Of a stretch of 64,000 bases of DNA, positions 25,149-36,209 are shown piece after piece (position 1 is the stretch's first letter; each line of letters opens with the position of its first letter). Below the pieces are notes generated by a model. The model was given only the letters and a program-made list of their open reading frames with translations, did no database searches and was not told the DNA's origin. The translations under genes and the position numbers were made by a program. Source of the stretch: Paragordius varius (Eukaryota; Animalia; Nematomorpha); the NCBI GenBank assembly GCA_964247055.1, contig OZ176052.1, forward strand, positions 8,804,001-8,868,000, in the 5' to 3' direction.

Positions 25149-28100
25149 ATGGCAGAATACGATCGCGTTATCACAACCAAGCTAAAGCTTAAGGGGCGGA
25201 AAAAATTGTTGAAATATAATATAATTATTATAGAAAACGTAAAAGAGATGTCTATGAACATTTGGAAAACGAACCACTTTCAGAATCTGGGAATATGGAT
25301 CCTGAAATGGTGAAATATGGTTTTAATTATTATATAAATTTAGAGGGCTGGTATAAAATACAATATCTGGAGGACATTTTTGGACAAGTTGCTATTGAGG
25401 TATTTCCAAAAACATATATATCATCACTAACAAACGGTCTATTTGGTTTGGGATTAACCCATGCAGATGGTAGTTTTGATTTTTTTGTTGCTTAATTATA
25501 AATATTATATTGAAAACATTTTGATTAAATTTTTTTTTCATTTACATTAACCTTTTTATTTTGGTTACTACCTTGTTAAGTATCTTATTCCTAAAAATAT
25601 TATTTTCTATATAATTAGTTTTATTAAACTAATTATATTTGCCTTTTTATTAGGTGATGGACCTGCACCTGAAGAAATTTTTATAGCATCCCAAGTTTCC
25701 GCCACAAAAATTGCTTTAAAATCGGGTTTTGGAAAATATTTAGGCATCGATAAGGACGGTAATCTCATTGGACGCGCTGATGCTATATCAGTTATGGAAC
25801 AATGGGAACCAGTTTTTGATGACGTAAAAAACTTTTATTGCCGCTTAAAAATAATTGAGCAGTTTTTAGATGCTATATACATAGTGTGCCAAATTTTTGA
25901 ATTCTCGCATTATTGAATCTGAGGTTCAGGCTCAATAAAAATAACACCAGCGGCATTCTTGCTATAAACTAATTTTAAGCAGTCAGCTAATTTTTAACAT
26001 TTTTTATATTTTTTACATATATAAATCAAAATGACGAAAAACTTTGCCTATTAACACAGAATAAAATACATATACATTTGATATTTATAAAATATGGCGT
26101 CCAAAATGCAAAAATCAGATTCTTAAGATAAAATCAAGTAAAATATAAAATTTCGTAAAAATGGGTCTTTTATCATGCGTAAAATTTATCTAAACAATTT
26201 GCCTAATAACGCTTAATTTCGCATACCACCTTCTTAACTTAAACATATGAGTAACCCGTTCGATATATGGGATAACCAAAAATTATATATCTTAGTTAGT
26301 ATATTATAATTGTTATTTATAACTATTAAGTTATAAATACTTTAGAATTTTGCCCTAATTTTTTTTAAAGCTGTCACAGTTCAGGACAGGTTGATAACAA
26401 TGTTTTTAAAACAAAAAGTTTAGAAGCTAGTGTGAAAACACAAAGAGTTTCTAGACAAAGATGTTTTTATTTACAAATTTTCTAAATCTTTATTTACAAA
26501 TTTTTACGGAATTTATATTATCATTCTTGAGGTACTCAATAATGAGTGTAATGTATTTTTTTTTCTCCTATGCTGTGGGCGTCTTTAAAATCAATTTTTC
26601 GTTCCTCGAGATCTTCTGTGACTGTTTTGTGCCATGTTTTAAAAGGACGATATGGTAGAGCTTTTGAATCTAAATAATATTGAATCTTTTTCAAAATAGT
26701 ATCATCATATCTTGTCTTTTGGTTTAATTTTTATGACCAATTGGGTCTATTTGAAAGATTGCGTGAACGTCAAAATTATTATCGAAATCATATTTGGATG
26801 GGTTTAATGCATAAATAATTGTCTTGAGAATTTTATTTTCGGTTTATAAAATTTTATTTTTATTAGTTTTAGAGGTTTCTTCGCCGTATAAGGGCTGGCC
26901 GTATCGCTGTGGTGTATATTTTTGCTTTGGTTTTAATGTATATTAATTTGTTGTTTATAATATGCTTGATTGAATGGTATTTTTTTCCAAGCTTGGTTGG
27001 ATCGGTGTTTTATTGCATTAACTATACCTCACCGAGCTATATAAAGCAATCTACTGTTTCAATTCCATGGGGGTACAAATGGATGGTTTTGTATTTTGAA
27101 TCGGTGTGAGCTCATTTAAATACGAAGTGTGGTGTGTCCAAGGATTGGAAACCAGAACACTTTTTTATCCACAAATTGCAACGTGTACACATTAAGGAGT
27201 TAGATTTGACATCTTTGCTACAAACACTAGAGGGTTATTTTGTTTTTTATCAATAGCGTCTGTCATAAATTTAGTTTTGTTAAGATTTACTTTAAACTCA
27301 AAATCTTCAAGAGTAAACTTCCAAGTTTCCAAAATGTATACAAGATCTTGGGATGTGGAAGTAAGTACCAAATCGTCTGCGAACAAGATCTGCCACGGTA
27401 ATTCTGTTCTGATGTCGCCTGTAGTTTCTGAAAAGTATAGGGCTCATAACGGAGCTGCGATCCGGAATCGATTTGGAATTTTCGAGTAAAGCCATAGGCA
27501 GTTTTTATCTTGGTATAATTATTGTGGTAGAGATTTATTATTGAATTCATTCTTCGCACCATTTTCTCCTTAAAGCCCATATTAGTATTTTGGGTACACT
27601 ATCAAAAGCTTTCTCTAGGTCGACGAAGGCGTAATGAAGTGGAGATTTATTGGAATGTGCCGATTACAACTCACTTAATATAAATATAGCATCTATTGTA
27701 CTTATCAATTATAAACCCATTTGCATATCACTTATGTGTAGTTAATTTTTAAGTTTGTTGATCAAAATCATTTTATATATTTTCAATAAATGTTCTAGTT
27801 TGATAGGCCTGTATGCGCTGGGATGACATAGACCTTTCCCTTTGATTGGAATTATAAAATTATCTTTCCATTGATCAGAAGCTTTGTTTTGAGTATATTA
27901 TTAAGCAAACAGGAGAGTTTGGGATTTATTATAGCTGGGTCAAAGACATTTAATTATGTCGAGAGATACCTCGCTTAAGCCGGGTGTTTTTTGTTTTAAA
28001 GTTTGGATAGAGCTTGGACCACTTCGTTTGTGGTAATAAACTCTGCACCCTCTCTGACAGGTAGAAGTTATAACGGTTTATTATATCTCAAAAATCTAAT

Positions 28101-29202
28101 TTTTGCACTTAAGACTCTTTATTTATTCCTTGTTTTTAAAAAACCATGTTGCTTTTATTAACAAATTTTTATGATTATTTTCATTAGAGTAAAATGGCCT
28201 TGCAAGCTGCAAATGGATGCTTTTTATCTTGTGCCGACGAGGAGCAAGAAATATTCAAATGCACCAAAGATAAAGCTGGACCCTCTGAAATGCTTTGTGT
28301 AATTAAATATTTTTGTTTGCCAATTTTTTATTTCAGTCGGCATTTTTATCTAAAATGGTTTATAAAACAGTTTTAGCCATATTTTTTATGATAAAAGTAT
28401 ATTTTTTAGGTTTTACAGTGGAAAGTTAACATTCTCTCTATATGGCTATTTATTGATATTTATTAAATATAGGTCTTTAAATAAAAAAATTAACTGAAAA
28501 TAACAGTTTGTATTTTTATCGGAATTTGAGTCATATATGATTTATAGTTTCGAACCAATTATGTTAAAAAAGAGGAAGATCCAGTCCCAAAAGAAGACAA
28601 AGGAGACGAAAAGGATATTGAATTGACATACATGTAAGTTTATTGCTAAAAATGTTTATAAAAGTTTTGAAACGATAAAACACTTACAAATTAATAATGC
28701 CTTATTTTAAAAGAAAATATTTTGTTCAGCTTGCTTTAAGCACATTTTTTTAATTATAAATTATAGTTTTTACAAATTCTCACATAAGAATCTGATTATT
28801 TAAAAAAATCGATATAAATGTTTACTAAAATAGAACTGTATCATAAAACATGTTTTCCTCAAACTAATATTTTTTGTATTTTAGCAATAAATTCCAAAGT
28901 TTTCACAATCGAAATCTCAAGATCTCCAAAGAAGATGTTAAGCAGGTTAAACTGGCAAAGGTTAAAGGGAACATGCATGAAACATTACTAAACAGGTATG
29001 TTATTTGACATCATTCCCCTTTTATAGAAAAATATAGATATATTTTTACACTTTCAATTAAAAAGTCTTTTAACGTTAAATAATTTCTTAAATTTATTTG
29101 TCAACATCATATTATATTCAATTTTTCTTTGGTGTATATTTATATAATATGAATTTTATATGTAGGCGTGAAAAAATGAAATCAGACCGTTATTGCAAAT
29201 GA
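25149..29202 (+). CDS. FRG1: FRG1 (FSHD region gene 1) homolog, about 261 aa
   Basis: Exons 25149-25207, 25234-25319, 25344-25469, 25654-25823, 28188-28298, 28548-28633, 28885-28995, 29166-29202. Translation MAEYDRVITTKLKLKG...IALKSGFGKYLGID...EQWEPVF...KFQSF...HETLLNRREKMKSDRYCK* matches FRG1 at both ends. Confidence 0.95.
26560..28050 (-). mobile_element. Frameshifted RTE-type LINE reverse transcriptase relic inside FRG1 intron 4, antisense to FRG1
   Basis: RT motifs YAFVDLEKAFDSVP (about 27633-27592), SVMSPILF, FADDLVL (about 27383) and VNLNKTKFM. Confidence 0.85.
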
Positions 29203-29281
29203 TTGAACCATCTATTTTTTATTTATTTAAAATTATATAAATTGTAAATACATTGTTTATCACATCTGTTTTGTAACAGGG

Positions 29282-31969
29282 TTAACTTCCAAAAGCTTTA
29301 GATAGGGCTTTGATCCTTAGGGCCATAGGGGATGTGTCTGATGTTGAAGCGCTTGTTGTTGGTTTTAATTCAGATTCGTTTGTTTTAGTTTCTAAAGAGG
29401 CTGTTTTATCTGCTGCGCTACTACTTTTTGCCAATTGTTTTTGTGAATCTACTTTAGAAATTGAAACCGCCTTTTGTTTTTCTAAATTTGTTTCCTCGAT
29501 TTTTGGTGTTTTAGGTGTTTTTAAAGCGTCAATTTCTGATTTTTTCTGTTCAAGATTGACATTAGAACTGGATGTTTTCAAGATTGATTTAGTTTTTGTG
29601 GTTTCGGTTTTTGAAGAAATTCGGGTGGTTAGAGATTCTTTGTTGTCTAATTTATTTTGTGAAATTTTTGTTTCCACATTTTTTTCATTAATTTTAGAGT
29701 CACGCTTTTGAGTGATTTCATTTGGTTCATTCTTTAGCGTTGGAAGTTTGTTATCTGATGCTTTGAATGATAACCGTTTGTCTCTAATGGCAGCCAATGA
29801 TTTACGTCGTAATGCAGTGCTGCTCTTTTTTTCTTCAATAGATTCTTGACTCACTGATTTCGTTGGCTGATCCTTGGAATCTGATTGAATCGTTGTGACA
29901 GTTGAAGCTGACAATTTTTTGCTTAAAGATTTTCTACTTGATTTTAGGGGCTTATCATCAGACTTTTTAAGGGCGTGATAAGAGAGTGCATTTATCATCC
30001 ATACTTTGCAATCATCTCTTTCGAAGATATTGGGATTACTTAAACTAATTTTTAACAAGTCATCAACTGTTATCTCTTGATACCTAACGCATCGTAAAAA
30101 ATTTGACGTTAAAGGAATACGTAATGAATCCGCATTCAACCATTTTACTAAACCCTCAAGGATTTGTAATTCGTTATCTACTTTGATTTCATCTCTGGCT
30201 AATAATTTGAGTAACATATCGGGAGGTATAGCACAAAATTCCGGTTTCATCATCAAATCTTTAAATTCCTGATTCAAAAATGTTTGCATTCGCTTTTCCA
30301 ACGTAAGACTCTTTAATTTTTTCAATGTTTCCCCCAGTAATACAATTTCCCCTTCCTCGTAATACGTTTCAACAAAGTTTTTGCACATTGAAATCAAGGT
30401 CGGAATGCCAAATTTAATGGCGCACGTAAGTATACCCTCAACATTTTCCTTACTAATATGGATTTTATTTGTGTACAAATAATACAAGGTTTGCAATATG
30501 TTTGTAACACTGACATTTTCGTTGTCCATTAAAATTTTTCTAGGATCACCGCTTTCTTCTGTCAATTGTTCATATTTTTCACAAAACATAGTTAAAAGAA
30601 GCCGATGTACCGGCAATTTGTAATGACGAACGCGTATGTTTGCGTCACACATCGTATTTTCCATCCATAACTTAAACATGTAATCCAATAATTCGCATCC
30701 TCTATTAACTTCTCTGGGATGAGGTTTGGCCCTTGCTTGACTTTCATTATCTGCCCCAACTTCCTCATAAAAATGGGACCATAAATATTCTGCTGCATGT
30801 TTCCGTTTTTCCGTGTTATCCTTTTCAACTTTGGCCCCTATTCGTTCACCCAAATCTTTTATGTCAAATTGTTGTAATTGACTACGATACAAGTCTAAAT
30901 GTGCATCAAATCCTTGTGCGATTTTTACGTTTGGTATAATAAATTGATTAAAAGCTGAAATCGGAAGAAACAAAACTTTGACAATATCCGAATTCGCGAC
31001 AGCTTTTGCAAATCTCTTTTGGCCCGTTCTACATTCAATTTCTCCAAAAAACGCTCCGGCCTGTTCTGAAGCAATAAGGAACGATGCTTTAGATTCCAAA
31101 TCTAAATTATCTTTGTAAACTCGATCATATACTATATCCACTGATCCTTCATCAATAAAATACATTCCGGACGGATCGTCTCCTTGTCTGTAGATAAGAC
31201 TTGTACGTTTAAAAATTTGATATTTGAATAAATCAAGTACATTTTCCTGGTCGTCAAACTTAAGTAATTTAAACCAAGGAAATTTTTTGCGTAAAATTTT
31301 GAATATAATTTCTTTATCATCATTTTCGAAATCCATTTGTATATTACCTTCAGTGCTGTGGATTGGTGGTAGTTGAATGTGTTTTAAATGTTCATATGGA
31401 TCAAAAGTTTCAACATCAATTACATGTCTATCTAGGGGTCTTAGCCCTATTTTAACGTAATTCCCATCTATCAGTTGAATTCTTATCTCAGATGTTGTGG
31501 GAATAGGCGGTGGAGTAGGCACTGGTGAAGGTGAATTTGTAAGCCTTATATTTTTTTCTAATTTTTCCTTTCTTTTTTCATTTCTTTCAGCTTCATGAGG
31601 TGATTCTATCGTAACGACCTTATTTTTATTATCAGATTCGCTTGACATAGATTTATCAGGAGTTTCAGATTCTGAAATACTATGGTCATCCAATTCTTGT
31701 TCATCCATATCTTTCGGGTCATTTTTAAGGTGGCGCTCAGATTTTCCATCAATGTTATCCTCTTCAATCTCCAAGGGTGCTACGAAATGAGCCCATAAGA
31801 AATCTTGTGCGGTTTGTGCCGAAGATGTTTCTTTATGTACAGTTTTTCTCTCTTTAACTACCCCAATTTTTGTAGTTTCATCGTTTTTAGGAGCGACAGA
31901 TGCCGTACTTACATTGCTATTATTGTTTGTAATAGTTTCTATCCCGGCCATTGATGATTTGTAGAACAA
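29282..31969 (-). CDS. Intronless 895-aa protein (or 889 aa from ATG 31951): cyclic-nucleotide-binding domain + BTB + BACK + K/S/T-rich tail, no kelch repeats
   Basis: Long uninterrupted ORF. cNMP motifs IYRQGD..SGMYFIDEGSV and FFGEIECRTGQKRFAKAVA. BTB motifs CDANIRV...LPVHRLLL and LQTLYYLYT. BACK motifs EFCAIPPDMLLKLLARDEIKVDNELQILEGLVKWL and FLRCVRY. Confidence 0.85.
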   Translation of the reverse strand: MFYKSSMAGIETITNNNSNVSTASVAPKNDETTKIGVVKERKTVHKETSSAQTAQDFLWAHFVAPLEIEEDNIDGKSERHLKNDPKDMDEQELDDHSISESETPDKSMSSESDNKNKVVTIESPHEAERNEKRKEKLEKNIRLTNSPSPVPTPPPIPTTSEIRIQLIDGNYVKIGLRPLDRHVIDVETFDPYEHLKHIQLPPIHSTEGNIQMDFENDDKEIIFKILRKKFPWFKLLKFDDQENVLDLFKYQIFKRTSLIYRQGDDPSGMYFIDEGSVDIVYDRVYKDNLDLESKASFLIASEQAGAFFGEIECRTGQKRFAKAVANSDIVKVLFLPISAFNQFIIPNVKIAQGFDAHLDLYRSQLQQFDIKDLGERIGAKVEKDNTEKRKHAAEYLWSHFYEEVGADNESQARAKPHPREVNRGCELLDYMFKLWMENTMCDANIRVRHYKLPVHRLLLTMFCEKYEQLTEESGDPRKILMDNENVSVTNILQTLYYLYTNKIHISKENVEGILTCAIKFGIPTLISMCKNFVETYYEEGEIVLLGETLKKLKSLTLEKRMQTFLNQEFKDLMMKPEFCAIPPDMLLKLLARDEIKVDNELQILEGLVKWLNADSLRIPLTSNFLRCVRYQEITVDDLLKISLSNPNIFERDDCKVWMINALSYHALKKSDDKPLKSSRKSLSKKLSASTVTTIQSDSKDQPTKSVSQESIEEKKSSTALRRKSLAAIRDKRLSFKASDNKLPTLKNEPNEITQKRDSKINEKNVETKISQNKLDNKESLTTRISSKTETTKTKSILKTSSSNVNLEQKKSEIDALKTPKTPKIEETNLEKQKAVSISKVDSQKQLAKSSSAADKTASLETKTNESELKPTTSASTSDTSPMALRIKALSKAFGS

Positions 31970-32192
31970 TATGTTCTCAAAAAATAGTGTAAGTTATAAC
32001 CTATTTTTATTTAGTAAAAATTAAAGCACTTTTATTTATATTTTTATATACAACTTAATTTTGACAAAATATAAAAATTGAACATAAGCCATGCCATTTA
32101 TTGCACCATAAACAAGTAGGTTCAACCTTTTGAAAATGCCTCCAAGCTACATTATTTAATGGTGGCGTATTTAACATCAGCACTAACAATGG

Positions 32193-32203
32193 GCTGATTG
32201 GCT
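32193..32203 (-). promoter_or_regulatory. Possible CCAAT (NF-Y) box upstream of the cNMP-BTB-BACK gene
   Basis: AGCCAATCAGC on the minus strand, about 230 nt upstream of the ORF. Motif match only. Confidence 0.3.
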
Positions 32204-32528
32204 ATTAAATTCATTATCGATCTATCAAGGTGCACACAACTGGGTGATAAATGCTAAATATCTGGAAAAAAGCTTCAGAGTTCTATGGATATTTTGTTTT
32301 TTGGCTTACAAATCGACTAGAATAAAATTTCTCATTTTGAGATGTTTACATTTTGATAAAATAATAATATATCACAAATAAATATATTAGATTTATTTTT
32401 TAAGATAAATCAAATTTATTTGTTTATATATACACATGTGTGAATTATAAGTATAGTAGTAACGAGTAATATTGACATATATAGTACATGTAAAAATGAA
32501 TATATTTTTCTCTTCAAGTTTAATGCAT

Positions 32529-34219
32529 CTAATCCGATTGAGATCCACCTGATCGCTTATCATCATCAGCTGATCTGCGATCATCATCGTCGTCAGAATT
32601 GTCATGAGCCGCACCACCTCCATTGGTTCGACGCGAGGGCTCATCATCTGGTTCGTCGTCGTCGTCATCGTCGTTATTACGGCTATGGTCGGCAGCGTCA
32701 GTAGGAGAACGAGAATGAGATTTGTGACTCTCTGAACTTTTGTTTCTTCCATTATCATCACCATGGTCTTGCTCATCTTCATCATCATCCATGTGGCGAG
32801 CACGTGATGTTGATCGTTTGGCCGACGAGGAACGGCGACCATTATTATCGCTCCTTTTTCGCCGGGGTTCAGATCCACTCCGAGAACGGCTAAAGAAACG
32901 AAAAAAAGCATTTTAAACAAAAAATAGCTCTAGATAAGGTTTGGATTCAACCATTGCTGTTCGAAATAACCGGTCAATGAGTTTATGTGATATAAAAATT
33001 TAGCCTTAATTGCACCATTATTATCAATAGCATTTCAAACACTTAACTTCTTTTTTAGCAATGACTGTTTATGACTAAAGGGATTCAAACGAAATGATTC
33101 TAAATATACCTTCTTTTGTGTGAACGCGATTCCCGTTTTTCTTCGTAAAGTTTTATTTTACGTCCAAAAAATTCTGTCCCATAAAACTTATCAATGGCAT
33201 ATTTCATGTCCCGGGCCGAAACAAATTCAATCACACTAAAAGAAAAACAATAATGAACAAATTTTATACATAAATCTTTAAATTTACCGGTAACCAGCAA
33301 AAAAAACAACCAGTAGGCATTTATAATAAAAAATTAAAAAACGTACGCGTAATCGGAATGCATCTCAATATGTTCGATATCCCCACACTTTCTCAACAAA
33401 TCTTTCACATCCTGTGTTTTGACAAAAAAAGATAAAAATAAATTGTTTGATTGTATGGTGGATAGATAAGATAGTTGTGCGTTTGTTTGTACACGAAGTG
33501 TAAAGAGTAATTTGAATGTTTAGAAACAAAAATGTTGTTGTGAATTGTGAAAGGCAAAAGCTTTGGGGTTTTTTAAGAACGAACACAACACACAATTGAT
33601 ATTGAGCTTGTACAATTGTTTGTGTATCAGAATTGATATTTGAAAAACTATTTTGGATTTTATATATATGGTTATACATAATGGATGGATAGATTGACTT
33701 GTTGATAAATGTTAATAAAAATTAAAAAATAATTACATGTTTGGTGGCACGACTGGATAGGTTTTCTAAAACGCATTTGTGGGTATAACGTGTTCGATTT
33801 CTAGAATAAAACACGTTTATTAAGATAAAATATTATATTTGGTTAAAATATTAATAAGTAAATATTTTGTATATGATTAAAAATACCTTTCAGGTTCCTC
33901 ATATCGATCGTTATTGCGCCGCGAATAATCTATGCCTCTTTCCCTATCTTTCCAGGCGTCTCGTCCATGCGGTGTTCCTTTGGCGTGTTCGACTACTACA
34001 CGATCTCCACATAGTTCTCGTCCGTTTAACTCATAGACTGCATCGTCAGCATCTCGATCATCTTCAAATTCCTAAACAAATTAAAAAAACATTTACCACA
34101 AATCCATATCCATTTTTCAACATAATTTCTTTAACTCTCCCATAATTTTTGAAGAATCTTTCAATATCTCGTTCTCTAACACGGTGGCTAAGTCGTCCAA
34201 TGTATACACGTGAAGCCAT
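32529..34219 (-). CDS. SRSF6: SR splicing factor of the SRSF4/5/6 (B52/SRp55) family, divergent, about 307 aa
   Basis: Exons 34219-34097, 34071-33887, 33800-33737, 33411-33347, 33235-33110, 32889-32529. RRM1 [27 protein letters not shown]...[39 protein letters not shown]. RRM2 VLENLSSR...VIEFVSARDMKYAIDKFYGTEFFGRKIKL. Confidence 0.88.
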
Positions 34220-34619
34220 TTATATTGGTTTTTTAGAAATGGTGGTATAAATGTTTTAGAATGATAGTTAGATTGTATATTATTGTTGATTGTAAAATTT
34301 ATAAATTTTTTAATAAAATAATAAAAAACTATTAGTAATTGATATTTGAATAAAATTTAGCTATATATCATATTATTTAAATATTGTCTAATGCTAAAGC
34401 ATTTATTATTCAGTACACAATTTTAGGGTTCAAAAAAACTTTAAATAGATAAATATCTTATGATAGAATTTATCAAGATAAAAGTTAAGGCAATACGCTT
34501 ATTAATCTATGAATATAACTTTTTGCTATTCATCGTAAAATTCTCATGCTAAAGAAAGTTCATTATGGATAAAAGAAATACTTTATTAATAATAAATACA
34601 TTATTTGATATAACGTTTT

Positions 34620-34930
34620 CTAGCGGTATCCGTAAACTATTTCGCCATAGAACCCTGACTATGTTGCTCATCACGTTTTATCAGTTTCGCTATGTTTAAC
34701 CTATCTATCCATCGCTTTTTAGGAAACCTTCTTCCCCTCTTACCTCTCAATATATTCATCAATCTTTTTCCAATGTGGTTACGATCTCTTCTTTCTGATC
34801 CAAATCATCTACCTTTAACATCATCTTTTGCGTTATCGGTTTGATTTCCGTATTTTCTCTGATGTATAAATTCTTTACTTTCTCTTTATGCAACTATCCT
34901 AAACATTCTCTTATCAGTAAATTAAATGTG
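34620..34930 (-). mobile_element. RTE-type LINE 3' fragment (same family as about 12800-13090)
   Basis: Nucleotide similarity to 12830-13090 in reverse orientation; peptide GKRGRRFPKKRWID. Confidence 0.7.
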
Positions 34931-35159
34931 CCTTTCTTCTAATTTCTTAAATTCCAATATTATAAAGTAATTATGTAACTGCAATTTGATGCAAGCTTTT
35001 AGAGTTTTAAATTTTCCCAACTTCAAATAAAAAAATGCCAAGAATGCGTGATAACGCTTTTTGTTTAAGTCAAATGACGTCAATAAAAAATATTTTTGTC
35101 AAAATCCATACTTGCTTAAAATTTTATTTGGATTAATACGGTTTTTATAGTATTTTTAA

Positions 35160-35860
35160 ACACTTCATGACTTTTTGGGTTAGTTTAATATCCCAGAGCG
35201 ATTTTAATATCTTTAAAAGTATTTTATGTATTAGGCCGAATTTCAAATAAGTTTTCCTTAGGCTTCTAGGCGCATTATACAAAAAATTTTGTTAAAAATT
35301 AATTATCAAACATTGTTCTTATGTATTATAATTTTTTAATTTGTGACGGAGACCGAAATTGTTAAAACTCACAAGGAAACAAACATCAGATTTTTGCTTG
35401 TAAAATGTAACCTGAAAGCTTTTTAAAGTTAATTATTCGCATTTCAATCATAATATACATTTATTTGCCTGTTGCATTCATATGATTTAACACTTCATTA
35501 ACTTTTGATATAGTTTTATATCCCAAAGCGATTTGTAATTTGAATATCTTTAAAAGTATTTTACGCTTCAATTTAAATTGGGGTATCTAAATACCTCGGA
35601 AAAGATTTAATTATGACAAACTACTGAAATAAACGGTTTTAATTTAAATTTTACTTTTCCTAATAAAATTATATAAAGCCAAAATATCTGAATAAAATTT
35701 AGTTTTAAAAAAAAGTTCCATATCAAACTACTCTCACGCCATTTTTGTTTTGCAACATTTTCGCAAAATATTGTTTTTATTTTTTTTTAAGATAAAATTA
35801 AACCTAAATTATTATAATCGCATCCAACAGTGATAGTACAGAGAGAGTGGTTTATTTTGT
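35160..35860. mobile_element. Old piggyBac-type MITE fragments (family C ends at about 35160 and 35490; family A left part at about 35562-35860)
   Basis: CACTTCAT...TATCCCA[GA]AGCGATTT ends shared with 54330-54376. TTGGGGTATCTAAATAC shared with family A. Confidence 0.5.
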
Positions 35861-35883
35861 TCTTAAATTTAATAATATTTATA

Positions 35884-36158
35884 TACCATTTACAATTCAC
35901 CTAAACTCAAAATACCCTAAAACAATTAATTACCCTCGAACAATTCAAATTAATCCTCAAATAAATTATATGTTTTTAAGACTAAATTACCTATATTTTT
36001 ATAAATATTTTAAGAAAAAATTTGTTTAATAATACTGAAATAATACCTATGCTATGAAGATACATTTTAATAATGAGTAAAATTAGTACGAAAACACATG
36101 ATTTGAATTGTTCGAGGGTTTTGAATTGTTCAAGAGTGAATTTGAACTGTAAATGGTA
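35884..36158. mobile_element. Foldback-like MITE (family D, short form)
   Basis: TA|TACCATTTAC...GTAAATGGTA|TA with GAACAATTC/GAATTGTTC sub-repeats. Matches 42829-43692 once the nested insert there is removed. Confidence 0.7.
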
Positions 36159-36209
36159 TATGTCATATTGAAATTTTTAAATTTGGATTTTACCTTAAAA
36201 TAATATAAA

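Noticed and set aside
29310-29711. 133-aa plus-strand ORF (also 30733-30939, 30592-30828, 31132-31323)
   Set aside because: Antisense or alternative-frame shadows of the 895-aa gene.
32393-32920. 175-aa minus-strand ORF rich in Met and Thr
   Set aside because: An alternative frame of the GAT/GAC-rich last SR exon; the spliced frame is the one ending at 32529.
29203-34219. Possible operon of the SR gene and the cNMP-BTB-BACK gene (same strand, about 560 nt apart)
   Set aside because: The SR gene has its own AATAAA (32420-32415) and a CCAAT-like motif precedes the downstream gene; nothing indicates polycistronic transcription.
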